Assembly (NCBI RefSeq): GCF_964204645.1
Contig: NC_134026.1
Location: 457,950 to 521,949 of the forward strand
Direction: 5' to 3'
Length of the DNA stretch: 64,000 nt
Source: Tubulanus polymorphus
Lineage: Eukaryota; Animalia; Nemertea
The position numbers and the translations under genes were made by a program. Every line of letters begins with the position of its first letter. Position 1 is the stretch's first letter. The notes beneath the pieces were generated by a model. It saw nothing but the letters and a program-made list of their open reading frames with translations, was not told the origin of the DNA and did no database searches. Shown here in pieces: positions 39,071 through 51,149 of the stretch.

Positions 39071-39137
39071 CTGGAATACATCTTTAGATCCGATGCACTG
39101 TAAAGTGGCGGCATCTGACGGTGTGTAAGGTAGAAAC

Positions 39138-39178
39138 TAGACTGGTTACCGAAGTCTATGGGACAGGCAACCAGTCTA
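39138..39178. mobile_element. 41-bp mini-element with 13-bp TIR and 9-bp TSD in the IDE promoter
   Basis: ggtagaaac|tagactggttacc...ggcaaccagtcta|ggtagaaac. Confidence 0.8.
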
Positions 39179-40798
39179 GGTAGAAACTCGATTGCAAGGG
39201 ACGAATCACGTTAGTGTATCAGAATTCCGCTATCGACGAGCATAGCGGCAGCACCTGACGGTATCTAGCCAGACTGAACCTTCGGGTTCCGTCAGGGGTA
39301 ACCACAATGTCGTTCAAGTTGTCGCGAGGTTAGAAGAACAATCTAATCAAGATCTGGAACAATGGTCGAAGCGTATTCAACAAAAGATCCGATAAACCAG
39401 AAAAAGGAGTTATTGAGGGTTATAAAATGAGCACACTCCTAAGTGGTCATAGTCCTGTGTGGTTTAGTCTCACGATCGGATATTTTCACAAACCACGTAT
39501 TATTGAACTTCGTATAAGCCCATCCGATTGTGAAGACTTACCACCAACGATTAGGTGGTAACTAACTAAGTCCAAAGTACAGCACATTGAGACTTCAAAC
39601 TTTCTGAATTAACACTTAAAATCATTCCTTTCAATTCAATTAACGATAAGACTCATGTTTTTGGTATTTTATATAGTTTTGTATTTTATTTCTGTGACAC
39701 ACTTCTTTCAGTGGTTCAATTGTAACATTCACTCTCAGACATTAGAGATTGCATAAACAGTTTCAGATAAAATGTCTTTCTATATTTGGTTAACTCGCGA
39801 TAAAAACGTTTTTTTTTTCTCAATAGTCTCTCCTATTTTCAATATTGTATAACACGATTTGTAACAGGGCTGGTTTCACCACTATCTAATTATCGCAATG
39901 AAAAAATGTACAAAACCTCCCAACTCTTCCCTTACAGTCCTAAATTTCTGACAAATATTGCACCATCATAGTGTAGTCATCGAGCGTTCACCTCACAGCG
40001 CCAGTTATACAAACAACCCAAACGCTAACAATAAAACTTTGAGACATGATTACTTATTAATCTTCATTCAATAATTGTAAATGCTCTTCACGTTACTGGG
40101 CGTTTTAACAGGCAATCAGTTCATTCTGCGTTAATTGCGACTTATCATTTGAATTGGGGGAGGTGTCACCTCTAAACAGTGTCAGCTATCCCCCAGTTTA
40201 TTTTTACAAACCCACTCTCTCTCTGCGAGGACGCACACATCGACTACAAACCCAGACACTGGACAATAAAGGAAGTACGTGATAATATCAACAACTCAAG
40301 TGATGAAGCATTTTCTTCACACCTTACAATGAATCCAGCCCTGTTACAATTTACGCGAAAATTCTTCCATGAAATTGACATCATTTTTACACCAGAGGAA
40401 TCAAGAGCCAGTGAACTCAAACAGTTCATCGATATCTCATTGTTTGCACCATAATTCTTAAAGTTAACCGAATGCAGTTCTGTTGCACTGTTTAGCTTTG
40501 AATATATTAGTTTTTTTCCCAGTTCATATCTATCTTCGTAAATGATAAATAAAGCTTTCGAGTTTCTCATATTTAAATCAATAATTATTGATTTTGCTGC
40601 TTCTTCAGAGGGGGAACGAGTAGGGTTCGTTAAACAACTGTTTCTGTTATATACGTATAACCAGTCATATATTCTCTTTCTCTATACTCTGAAAACAATA
40701 AGAAAAGATTCTGTAACAAATGAATGAAATCGTGAGAATTCTTTCACTAGATTCTATCGCGTTGTACTTACTTACATAATATCCTAATTTATAAACTT

Positions 40799-43700
40799 TT
40801 ATTGACTATGCTGAAACGCTTGCACAGGCGGATGACTTTGAGTGTGCACTGAAAAATCCATAAATCGCATTAGAATAATTTGACGCATCAAAAAATGTCA
40901 AGAATTATTAAAGGAACGAAATATAGCGATTTACTATAACCTCCTCAAGCTCGCTTATAATTAGCAATAATTGAAGTTCAATTTTCATTGAAAAACATAT
41001 TTTAGATTCCCATACTCGAATACTGATGAACTAATTTCGTTGAACGAATCAATGCTTTATCAAAGAGTTGAATGTTTTTCTTACTTACTCGGAGGATGTG
41101 TTTGATAGTGCATCTGAGGGTGAGCTCCTGTCTGTAAATTGACAGCTGACATCGCCTGTTGACTCATCGGATGTCCGGGACCCATATGCGCTTGTGCTGA
41201 AATACGTTGAATAAATACATCACTAAACACGATATCATTAATCTCTGAATATAGTACGAGTGTGTTTAACCCTGCAGACAACGGATGCATCATCTACGCT
41301 GACAAAATATCAGAATTTATCAATTGAACTAATTTGTAGATTTTTAGTAAACGGATTTCACATATGAATATAGAAACAGCTGGTGTCTGAAGAGTTAAAT
41401 ACATGACAATATCGATGACATACAGCGGTCTAAACTCTCAACGTTAAAAATAGGATTCTTGGGTTCAATTCTATTTCGGGCATTGAAGAAATTTGTTATT
41501 TAATGATGACTTCATAAGGTGGATTTATCTGGCAACTAAATGCAGAACGTTGCAAGCTCCACCTTTTTAGTCATCACTAACCAATCAAAATTGATGAAGT
41601 GATAAAAGCAAATGGATTGGTCATAACATCAAATATCTGAAATGGTTGTAGAGACCGCGATGCAGTTTTGACTGGTAAGTGTTTAGTGATAGTAAACTAA
41701 GCCCTGAGTAAATACAGCGGAACCTCTTTATTGCAAGCCTCGAACTTCGTCCAAAATAGGACAATTTCAATAGTTTCATACTGGATATATAAAACTATGA
41801 ATTCATAATGAACAGATTTCCGGTGCCCTGAAGTTCATTGTAAAGAGGTTCCTCTGTGAGAGAGACTGAGATGATTTTAAACATGCAATACAACAATAAC
41901 AACAACATAACATCTTCTTTCATTCAACAACAAAACATCGACATTCAACAGTCCATAATTCAGATTTAGATTTTTGTTGTTTTGATTTTTGTGAGGAATG
42001 AAAGAAAATGATAATGAGCACAGTTCGAAAAACACAGTTAGTGAAAACTATGTCTGTCTCGCAGGGGATAAAAGCCAGAGCATACCTTGACCCTTTGGGA
42101 AATGACCACACCTGGCTGTAAAGCGGAAAATAATGAGAAGTATGATTACAAGGTAGAGGAAAAAATTCCGCTTCCACAGAAAATTTGTGAATGAAATCGA
42201 ATGATTTGAAATGCAGTTTTCTAGGAAATAATCGAGATTAGATTCCATCGAGACAAACATAGTTCATCACAATGGAATGAAATCACTTCCTCAAAACTCA
42301 TTAATTATTAGGAATAAGAAGTAATTTCTAATTGAATGATTGATTGATTGCTATTTGTATTAAGATGTTAGATAGATCCGACGGTGCCCGGTAAAAAGTC
42401 CCCGATAAAATAATCCCCCACAACAACGAAATATCCTTGAACCCCGGTAACTATGGGGAGGGTATTTCAACAACGGGAGAATTCAACCTCGGAAGAGATT
42501 CATCCAATGGAAGATATTATTTCCTCGAGGATTCTTATATCGGGGACTTTTTAACCAGACCTGACGCTATACATATATAGGCCTATATATATATATATAT
42601 ATACATATATACATGTGTAAATCTATATAGCAATGTCATAAATGATTCAAACAAAACCAAAACTAGTTGAAACCCACACAAAACAAATCGGTTTAGTGCA
42701 ATCTAGTAATCATTATTTAGAATAAAGTTCATTTGCACCCAGTTAAATACAGTACTAACTTAGTGACCCAGTCATCATTTACTGTAAAATAATCTCATTC
42801 ATTTTTACAAGATACAATGAGAAAACTATAACTAGTTTCATTAAAAGCTTCAATTAATGGACGGGTTTTAAGATTTTTTCCTAAAAATATCGATGGATGT
42901 ATTGGATTTGAATGGACAAGGTTAAGTACTGGGCTGAGCTCAGGGTGAAGGCTCAAGGTGACCACTTTCCGCCCATTTACAAATCCCCTGAATGAATTAG
43001 AGAAATTTCTAGGTTAAGAATGTTACAATTCATTCATTTGTGGCATCTTAAAAACTTAAGTGGATGATTTATCAATATTGTGATATCAGATTGATAAAAC
43101 AATGAACTAAATTTGAAGAAAATGAACTAAATTTCAGCTGTAACTGATGACTGTTTAACTGATGACCATGTAACTGATGACTGTTTAACCGAGTTGTGTA
43201 ATCTATAAGAGAAGGCGTTTAATCTTACCCGGCATCTGATGATGTCCAGCGTGTTGTAACTGTGTTGGAGGATGCATCGTTGAATGATTCGGTTGAGATG
43301 CGTGATGCATGTAAACGACAGCAGGATTCTGAGGAGGTTGAGATTGTTGTTGCGGATTCGCGTATGTAACCGTAGCGTGATGATGCATAGGCGCCAAACT
43401 CATATGATGCTGCGGAGCTCCTGGTGTCTGTTGTATTTGTTGTTGCGCCTGGTATGTGTACGGTACCGGCATGTTCGCTTGCGGTGATGTCGGAGTATGG
43501 GGACTGGGCTGTAAAGGAGGGTGCGAGGGTTGCGGGTTTATTTGTTGATGTTGAGGATTATAAATCATCTGCGTCGGTGTAACTGATGTCGGGGGATGAT
43601 GAACGTGCTGTTGGGGAGGTACGCCCTGGTGCGCTGGGCTCGGTGCAGGATGACTAGCCTGAGATTGAGGAGGTGTAGCACGCGAGTGATGAGGGGCGTA

Positions 43701-46700
43701 CGGAGGATGTACGTGCGGTTGTCCCGGTTGATGATTCGGATTCTGAATTCCGTGCGGCATCTGTCCCGGAATTCCGGGTCCAACTGAAATTCATGAAAAC
43801 TTTTCTTCAATTCTTTCATTGCGTTTAGAATTTTGTAATCATATTAAACCGACACAAATTCAAAAGAGAGAAATAAAGATCGGTGATTATGTATCCGGAA
43901 TTAAAGTCAAAGACATCATTTTGTATTCTCTCTTAAGACCATCATCAAGTATCCTAGATTTAATTCTAATTCAAACTTTTAATATCTCATATTTGTTATA
44001 GAGTGGTTTCTATGAGTGTATATAGTGTACTGGCTTTTCTACAATTAAAAATTTATAGTTATAACATACCAAAAACGGTTCCAGGTTGGTGTTGATGATT
44101 TCCCATTCCCTGAGGAGGTTGTCCAGCCATCATTTGTGGATTGACCATACGTGGAGGGTTTCCTACTGACAATACCTGGTGATGAGCCGCCTGTAACAAC
44201 ATTTAATACAATACATTTCACTCACTGTATCTTTACACAACAAAATACCCATTCGATAGTCCTTGGTTAACACAATCAATGTCCCCCCCCCCCCCCCCGA
44301 TAATACAGTGCTGCCCCCAGTTGCTATATCTCATAGTTAGCAATAGAGCATTGTCAGTCATTGTCCTAAGTTGATCAGTGAGCAGTGAAAATAAAGCGAA
44401 GCCAATCAGTTTATGCATGTATATCTACTAACAGTGAATAAGGATAAGCTACGAGATAAATCGATGAACTACGCGATAACTTGCAGTCCACGGCGAATGC
44501 GTTAAGACATGGGAATGTGAATGATTTCGTACAGGCCAAATTCAAGAACTGTTTGAGGAAAAGGATTGCTGTTTTCTCAATGGAAAATGCTGAGAATAAA
44601 TTGATAGCGATACATACCTGTTGGTAAGCTACATGATTCTGTTGTAATTGACCAGTTGGACCCATTACGGGTGGTAGTTGATACTGTACGGGGTACTGCG
44701 GATGTTGGGAATGAATCGGCTGAGCCAATAATGGAGTACCAGTGGCTGCTACAGCTTGAGCAGACGGATTATACTCCGGCTGTTGAACTGATACAGAAAC
44801 TACAAACAAATACACAACATACAATTCTTATTTCATACGTCTTAAATTATCAATTACAAATTACAGTGAAATGGAATAGTTTTAAGATCGATCTTTTGAA
44901 GTAGGATTTATTTGTTAATGAGTTAAGATCATTTGGGACTTAAACGGCTTAAACTTGAGCCAACCTCGAGTTTTTAATTATCTTAACAGTTGATTGCTGG
45001 GAATCGTAACAGTCAGAATCATCTGTTGGTTTTGCTCCTCATTAACTCTGATATATCTATCAGTAATACACACCTCGTTTAGGAGGTAATCGCACTGGTT
45101 GTGAAGCTTGAGTCGCTTGAACCATTGTCTGAGCCATAGAGACGTGTGGTGGCATTATAAACTGTGGATAAATCTGGTGCTGATGTCCGTGCATAGCTGG
45201 TATATTCTGTGGATTCATTACTGGACTCTGCGTTTGAGGTCGAGGTGGAGTCGGAGTCTGTGGCACAGGTTGAGTCGGACCTTGTTTCTGAATTACGAGA
45301 TAAACGATTCTCTAAATTACTGTATATCATTTCTCTGATGAAGTTTAGCAAAAATTTAGAAACCGTCAGAATAAACAGTTATATCAACAACTGTGGGTTC
45401 TGAATATTGAGGTTAAAAAACCATGATACATTCAAGCGAAATGAAATGAATGTTTATCTCTTACCGGTTGAAAAGGCTTCGCGTTTGGATTGAATACAAA
45501 TTCTTTCGCGTTTGGATTTAATGTTGACTTTAAAACCGTTCTGAAACACAATAAAAACACGAAACTTTATTACACGCCTCGAGTATTCTGAAATAATAAA
45601 CAATTTAGACCGCGATACTTACTCAGATGTTTTAGATTCCGCAGGAGAACTCGGTTTATCTTGAGATGTTTTCTCAACAGGTGTAGTCGATGTAGTGGAT
45701 GTCTTCTCTTTCTTATCCTTATCATTTTCAGACAACTATAAAATGTAAAGGTCGATCAGTCAGTAAATTGTGGAGTGGAGTGGCCTAAAAGGTAAAGGCG
45801 TTGGCTTCTCAATCGAGATGTCCAGTGTTCGAACCCCGGCTATGCTGTAGTGTCCTTAGGCAAGGCATTAATTCACACTTGCTACCGGCTGATGACGCCT
45901 GATCGTGATTTGCTGATCGGTGTTGTATCTCCCTAGGGAGAGTAAGACTGCTATGGAATGGTAACAGAAGCTGGGTAATAATAATCAGGTTTGACAGCGC
46001 AGCTGAACTTTGTACACAGGTACATGGAAAGAGGCGCTATACAAATTCGTGTTTATCATTATTATAAATCTACGGCAGGTAGAATCAATACGGGAATCGA
46101 ATAAAAACTCACTTTAAAATTTGAACTGAATTCTTTCAATTCTTTTAATTCTCGATCTCGAGCTGAAAATATGACAAACGTCGTTAATACGAGATTTCAT
46201 TGATATATTACAAGTAATTAAATATTTCTATCGAGGTTGAACTTACATTTAACGACAGGCGACGCAACTTTCACATTATCCACATTGTTGTTATTAGTAG
46301 TTGTAGCAGGCTGTGTTTGGTCAGTAGTATTCTGTACTGTTTCTGATTGTTTATTAGTTGAATCTCCCGCACCTGTCTGCGCCGGTACGGCAGGTACCGA
46401 TACTGGTGCCCCTGATTCGACCGGCGCCCCTGTTACTGTCTGCTTGTGATTTTCAGGCACTTGAGCTGTCTCAGCAGCTGGACTTTTTTGTTTCTGTTGA
46501 TCATCTTGAGGGGGAGCCACAGGAGCTACAAATAAAACGATCGACACTGAAGTCTCGTAAATTTTCTGTTCTTCGAAAACAAAAAATATTTTCTTCAGCC
46601 AAAAACACAGTGAGACGAAATTAAGTGTTATTTACAACAAGAATTGAGTAGAATTTAACACAATTATGACGACATTAACTCGAGTTTGACAGTACATGAA

Positions 46701-49700
46701 TCTTACCTGTGTTTGTCGTATTATTTACAGTATTTTGTTGTTGCTGTTGTGGTTGTTCAGGTAAGGCAGGTTGTTGTTGTTGTTGATTAGTACTGGTAGT
46801 ACTGGTAGTAGTATTACTAGTAGTAGTAGTAGTAGTAGTATTAGGGGCTGATGTAACGTTAGTTTGACGATTTGTTGCACGGCCTTGTTGAGTATTTTTC
46901 CTCTGATGCGGAGGCACGTATCTGGAAGCACCATTGCTGTCGTATCAAATATTACACAAATTAATCAATAACCCTATATACATATAACTACAGTATTACA
47001 AAATATAACACATTCAATTGATTTTTAAATTTTCGAATCAATCAGATGAACTTAAATTATCCCCAATGGTTTTGATGTTTCTATTTCCCCTCAACCCACT
47101 GAGCGCCACTAAGGATTAGCAGGTTCTATGCATAATTTGTCCTGACTAAAGGTTTGGGGGGAAAGCAGCTAGCAGAGAAACTGTCCCCACCAGGATTTTA
47201 ACCCATGAATCATTGATTGTTTAATACCCATTAAACCTACAACTCGCAGTAATTTGCTCAGATGCCCTAAAGATGGATACAGAATACTTACTTTCCACCG
47301 ACAGAGTTACTTTCAGTAGTTCTAATAACGGCGCTAAACCTGTCCTCTTCGTCCCCGTTTTCTAACTCGATACTTTGTTTATAGGTGTCGCTGTTTTCGA
47401 TTTCTCTCGCTAGCTGTTCGGCTTTCACTTGTTTCTCTCTGAACTCGACCGTATCTTTGATATTCAGAGGTGTCGTGTATTCGTTCAATGACGAATCATA
47501 CGTTGATTTAACGTTGTATTTCTCTGCGTTTGTGCGGAACATATCAGCCGCATCCCAACCATTCTGTAATCAGTGAAATATTCAATACTTTAATACTAAG
47601 TTCCGACAGATCAGTTATTCCTGGATATAACGAGTTCTAAAGGAAACAATTTCAAATTTCGAGGAATCACTTTTATATCCCAATTACTGGAGACACCTCC
47701 TTGTTGATATTGTTTATCTCGGTAAACTATTCATTCAATGGTTTTGTAAGCAAATTTTTATCCTTTACACTTGGTTTCTAATTCATTAACCGCCTAATTG
47801 GGAAAAAAATCCAGACTGCACTGATTTTAATAGGCATAGTACAACAACAATAGAACGATAACCACACTCAAACGTGGTGAATGGATAATAAGATAAAAAC
47901 CCACTATCTACGGATTAATAGAATTTAAAAACAAGAATTTATTTATTCAATCTAAAATATATAGAATACACGACACCTGACGATGATCTCTAGGGTGAGA
48001 TCGAAACGTCGCGTATTCTATATTTTAGATTGAGTAAATAAATTCTTGTTTTTAAATTCTTTTACTCTGTTGATAGTGGGGTTTATCTTATTATTCAATA
48101 CTTTAATACACGGTCCTGACGGATCAGTTATTTCTGGATATGAGGAGTTTTAAATGCGAGGAAGTGTCTGCATCACTTTTATATCCCAATTACTGGAGAC
48201 ACCTCCTTGTTGATATTGTTTATCTCGGTAAACTATTCATTCAATGGTTTTGTAAGCAAATTTTCATTACTTTAAACTGTTAAATTGCATTTTGTAAGCA
48301 AATTTTTATCCTTTACACTTGGTTTCTAATTCGTTTACCGCCTTATTGGGAAAAAAATCCAGACTGCACTGATTTTAATAGGCATAGTACAACAACAAAC
48401 ATTTCTAATTGCCTATTTCTCAAAATTGGGGTCACATTTTAAGTCCTATTTTAATTATTTTAAATGGCTTCACAAAATGAATCCTCGCGACAATACTTAC
48501 AGCTCCACCTTCGTCCCAACCACACAAATCAGCGTTGTCATTATCCGACTCCCATCTCTGAAGTTCTTTCGGCGCAACTTGACCATTAAATTTTGAAATT
48601 CCGGTATCGGTAAATGCGTCTACGAAACGAAAAATATCTCGATTGAGAACTAAAACCCGATGAAACAAACGAAAGTTTAAAACCACCGATATTTCTATTA
48701 CCTCTGTTTGCATAATCGAGATCTACATTAATGGCCGCCATCGTTACAATATTCGACGGCTCAAATATAATCTTTTCAATCAGACAATCTTTAGACGTCA
48801 ATTGATTTCCGTTGTTTTCATCAAGGCGATGAGCTAATTCCAATACTATCTCCATCTGTTATAAACACAACATACGAACGACACATTTTTATACGCAGGT
48901 TACAGAGATTGTGAAATCATTTTAACTCGATCAATCTTACCTTCGATGAGAAACATTTTAAAACACCTTCGTAAATAGATCCATTGCGTACTTGAATCTG
49001 AACAGTACTTCCCTAAAAATCAGTGATTATTAGTAATTTGAGCTTGCAATAGGCAGCACTCGTACAGGAGTAGTATAGCACTAAACTAGTGCGTTCTAGC
49101 TTTAGGGTTACCTAGAACCAAATAATATACAGGGCCCGGTTTTATAGACTGGTGTTATCTTTAACCAGGGGGTTAACTCAGCTGAAAATGAATCTAGTTA
49201 ACCCGCAGGTTTAGGTTAATACCAGTCTATAAAACCAGCCCCAGCAATTTTAGAAAGTTATCTACAAATTGTGTAGCAATAATCATTAGCTTTATACAGA
49301 GTGATAAACTATTTAGATGCCTGGTTCTAGAGAGAGTTCCAGTCAGTAATCGGAGTGCCGTTTTGCTTCTGATCTGATATATTTCATCAAATCTTATCAG
49401 GTCACTAACCTAGGTCTAATGTCTATTTCAACCTGACTTGAGAGCATACAGGGTGGCCTAGCTCAGTCAGTTGTGGTGGTACATACCTGATTAAAGTCTT
49501 ATTAGGACCAGAATGCACTGGCAGTCGACCTAAATCATCATTTTTTAATCCACTTTAAACTGTATTGAAGGATATCCAAAAAATCTGCACTGAGAGGGGT
49601 TCCTGAGAGAAAAGAGACTCCATGATTTGAAAGTTTAACAATATGTCTCCATGCCTACCAACTGAAGTTTGGTACGTAGGCATGGAAACATATTGTTAAA

Positions 49701-50614
49701 CTTTCAAATCATGGAGTCACTTCTTAACCCCTTTCTTCTTAACCCCTTTCAGTGAAGACTTTTTGGATATCCTTCAATACAGTTTCAAATGGATTAAAAA
49801 ATGATGATTTAGGTCGACTGCCTCTCCTTTCTGGTCCCGTTAAGACCATCATCAGGTATGTACTACCAAAAATGAGCGAGCTAGGCCACCCGGAATGCTC
49901 TCAAGTCAGGTTGAAATAGACATTAGTTCCACAGTTGTGAGTTAAACTCTGAGTTGAAGTTAGTTCATTTCAATGAGTTAACTCAGAGTTAAATCTTAAC
50001 TCATAACCGTGGAACTAGACCTAGTAGGGGTAACGTTTAATCAGAAACTTACAATAAGTGAAGTGGTGATGTGATTGTATCTGTAATTACTGTAAACACC
50101 TTCTACTACAACTTGTTTAGATTCGATATTAGATCTCGGTGGTCGAGTTATTCTGTAAATAAATACACAACACAATCTCTCATTGATTAATTGAGATGCT
50201 TGAAATGATTATTCAGAATAGATTTTACGGATTTGATGAACCCTCTGATACCGTGTGACCTAAACTGCTTCAATCAACTACATCTGAATGAAACTGTGAA
50301 GGGAAAAGAGCATTGTATCAGATACAGGAGTCACCCATCCATAGGAGCCACCCATCCATCCAATCTGAGTCATAACAAGACAGGCTACCCACAGCAGGAC
50401 TTCTCCCTCTGGTGACAATTTGGTTTAAGATATCAGTTCCTTATTTGCTTATTATCGCAGTGATTTACATTAAGTTGAATAACGGATCATATTCAATGAA
50501 ATCTACAGAATCTGATTTGATAAAGTGAGGTGAAAAGGGTTGAAGATTTTACCTGCCAGGACCTTGTTGATTCATACGTCTATGATCCTTCCCTCTCGCC
50601 TTACTCGAATTCAT
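40799..50614 (-). CDS. ATXN2: Ataxin-2 family protein (Lsm, LsmAD, tandem PAM2 motifs, Q/P/H-rich C-terminus), ~17 exons
   Basis: Lsm: EGVYSNYRYNHITTSLIGSTVQIQVRNGSIYEGVLKCFSSK (exons 50152-50053, 49012-48941). LsmAD: MFRTNAEKYNVKSTYDSSLNEYT...AEQLAREIE. PAM2: KSTLNPNAKEFVFNPNAKPF (~45465-45540). First coding exon 50614-50553; proposed last coding exon 40848-40799. ATXN2 and ATXN2L cannot be distinguished here. Confidence 0.93.
41715..41857. mobile_element. Tc1/mariner/pogo-like MITE (TIR cagcggaacctc)
   Basis: ta|cagcggaacctcttta...taaagaggttcctctg; a homologous copy at ~62090-62231 shares the internal ccaaataggaca..tttcaat. Confidence 0.75.
42388..42560. mobile_element. MITE-like inverted-repeat element followed by (TA)n
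   Basis: ggtaaaaagtccccgata versus tatcggggactttttaacc. Confidence 0.65.
45774..46064 (+). mobile_element. tRNA-derived SINE, antisense in an ATXN2 intron
   Basis: A-box tggcctaaaaggt, B-box gttcgaacccc, core gtgtccttaggcaaggca, tail gcgctatacaaat...cattattat. Confidence 0.8.
47850..48095 (+). mobile_element. Penelope-like (PLE) terminal-repeat fragment arranged as a palindrome around a minimal hammerhead ribozyme motif
   Basis: CTGACGA(47977-47983)-T-GATCTC-tagggt-GAGATC-GAAA-CGTC(48010), flanked by ~90-bp inverted arms (47887-47974 / 48008-48095). Confidence 0.7.
49133..49241. mobile_element. Harbinger-like MITE with CAG TSD
   Basis: cag|ggcccggttttatagactggt...accagtctataaaaccagccc|cag. 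Confidence 0.8.
49419..49923. mobile_element. 505-bp foldback element with TA TSD, nested inside a small MITE
   Basis: ctaggtcTA|atgtctatttcaacctgacttgagagcat ... atgctctcaagtcaggttgaaatagacat|TAgttccacag; the arms pair over ~240 bp. Confidence 0.9.
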
Positions 50615-51149
50615 TGCACTGTGTTTGTGTTTATCGTCTACAGATTATTCTCTAAATAGTTAAAACACGTTTGGGGCCTGATAATGGATTACTGACTGGT
50701 GCAGCTGCTGATGATGAAGGAATCAGTGCTTCCCCGCGAGTCGGTCACACTCCAGTCGGGACTCCTCTTTTGAAACTCACTGTTCAGTGACGGCCAGATT
50801 TTCACGGACGCTAGAGCTCTCCCAGCGCGTGCAATCGACTCTATTAATTACTACTAATTAAGCGCTACCAGCACGCTTCTAAACTGTCGACGCACATTTT
50901 AAATAATTCGTTTTGTTAGATGATTAAAACGCGATATTCGCCGTGGAATATTCAATCAATGTCGACTTTCAGCAGCAGCGCGTATTGATACAGATCAGTG
51001 CTGCTGCCGGGAGGGGGTGATGTCATCAGTATTTGCGCGCTATTCATCGACTTCTTTAAGGACTAAATTCATAGAATGTAATTTCGATTAATTATCACGA
51101 ATATCATTCGATCCTGCCGTGCTATTAGTTTAAAATTCGTTAATATCGA

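Noticed and set aside
40179-40727. ORFs of 61-108 aa downstream of ATXN2
   Set aside because: They lie in the probable ATXN2 3' UTR, have no recognisable homology and overlap on both strands.
45774-45845. tRNA gene
   Set aside because: A and B boxes are present but there is no complete cloverleaf, and the sequence continues into a SINE body and tail.
46675-46917. Poly-Q/poly-T tract in ataxin-2 as equivalent of the human disease polyQ
   Set aside because: It is short and lies downstream of LsmAD, not at the N-terminal position of the human tract; ordinary low complexity.
49815-49860. CTGATGA-TGGTC-loop-GACCA-GAAA on - inside the foldback element
   Set aside because: Stem II is good, but stems I and III do not pair and the opposite arm has lost the core; at best a relic.
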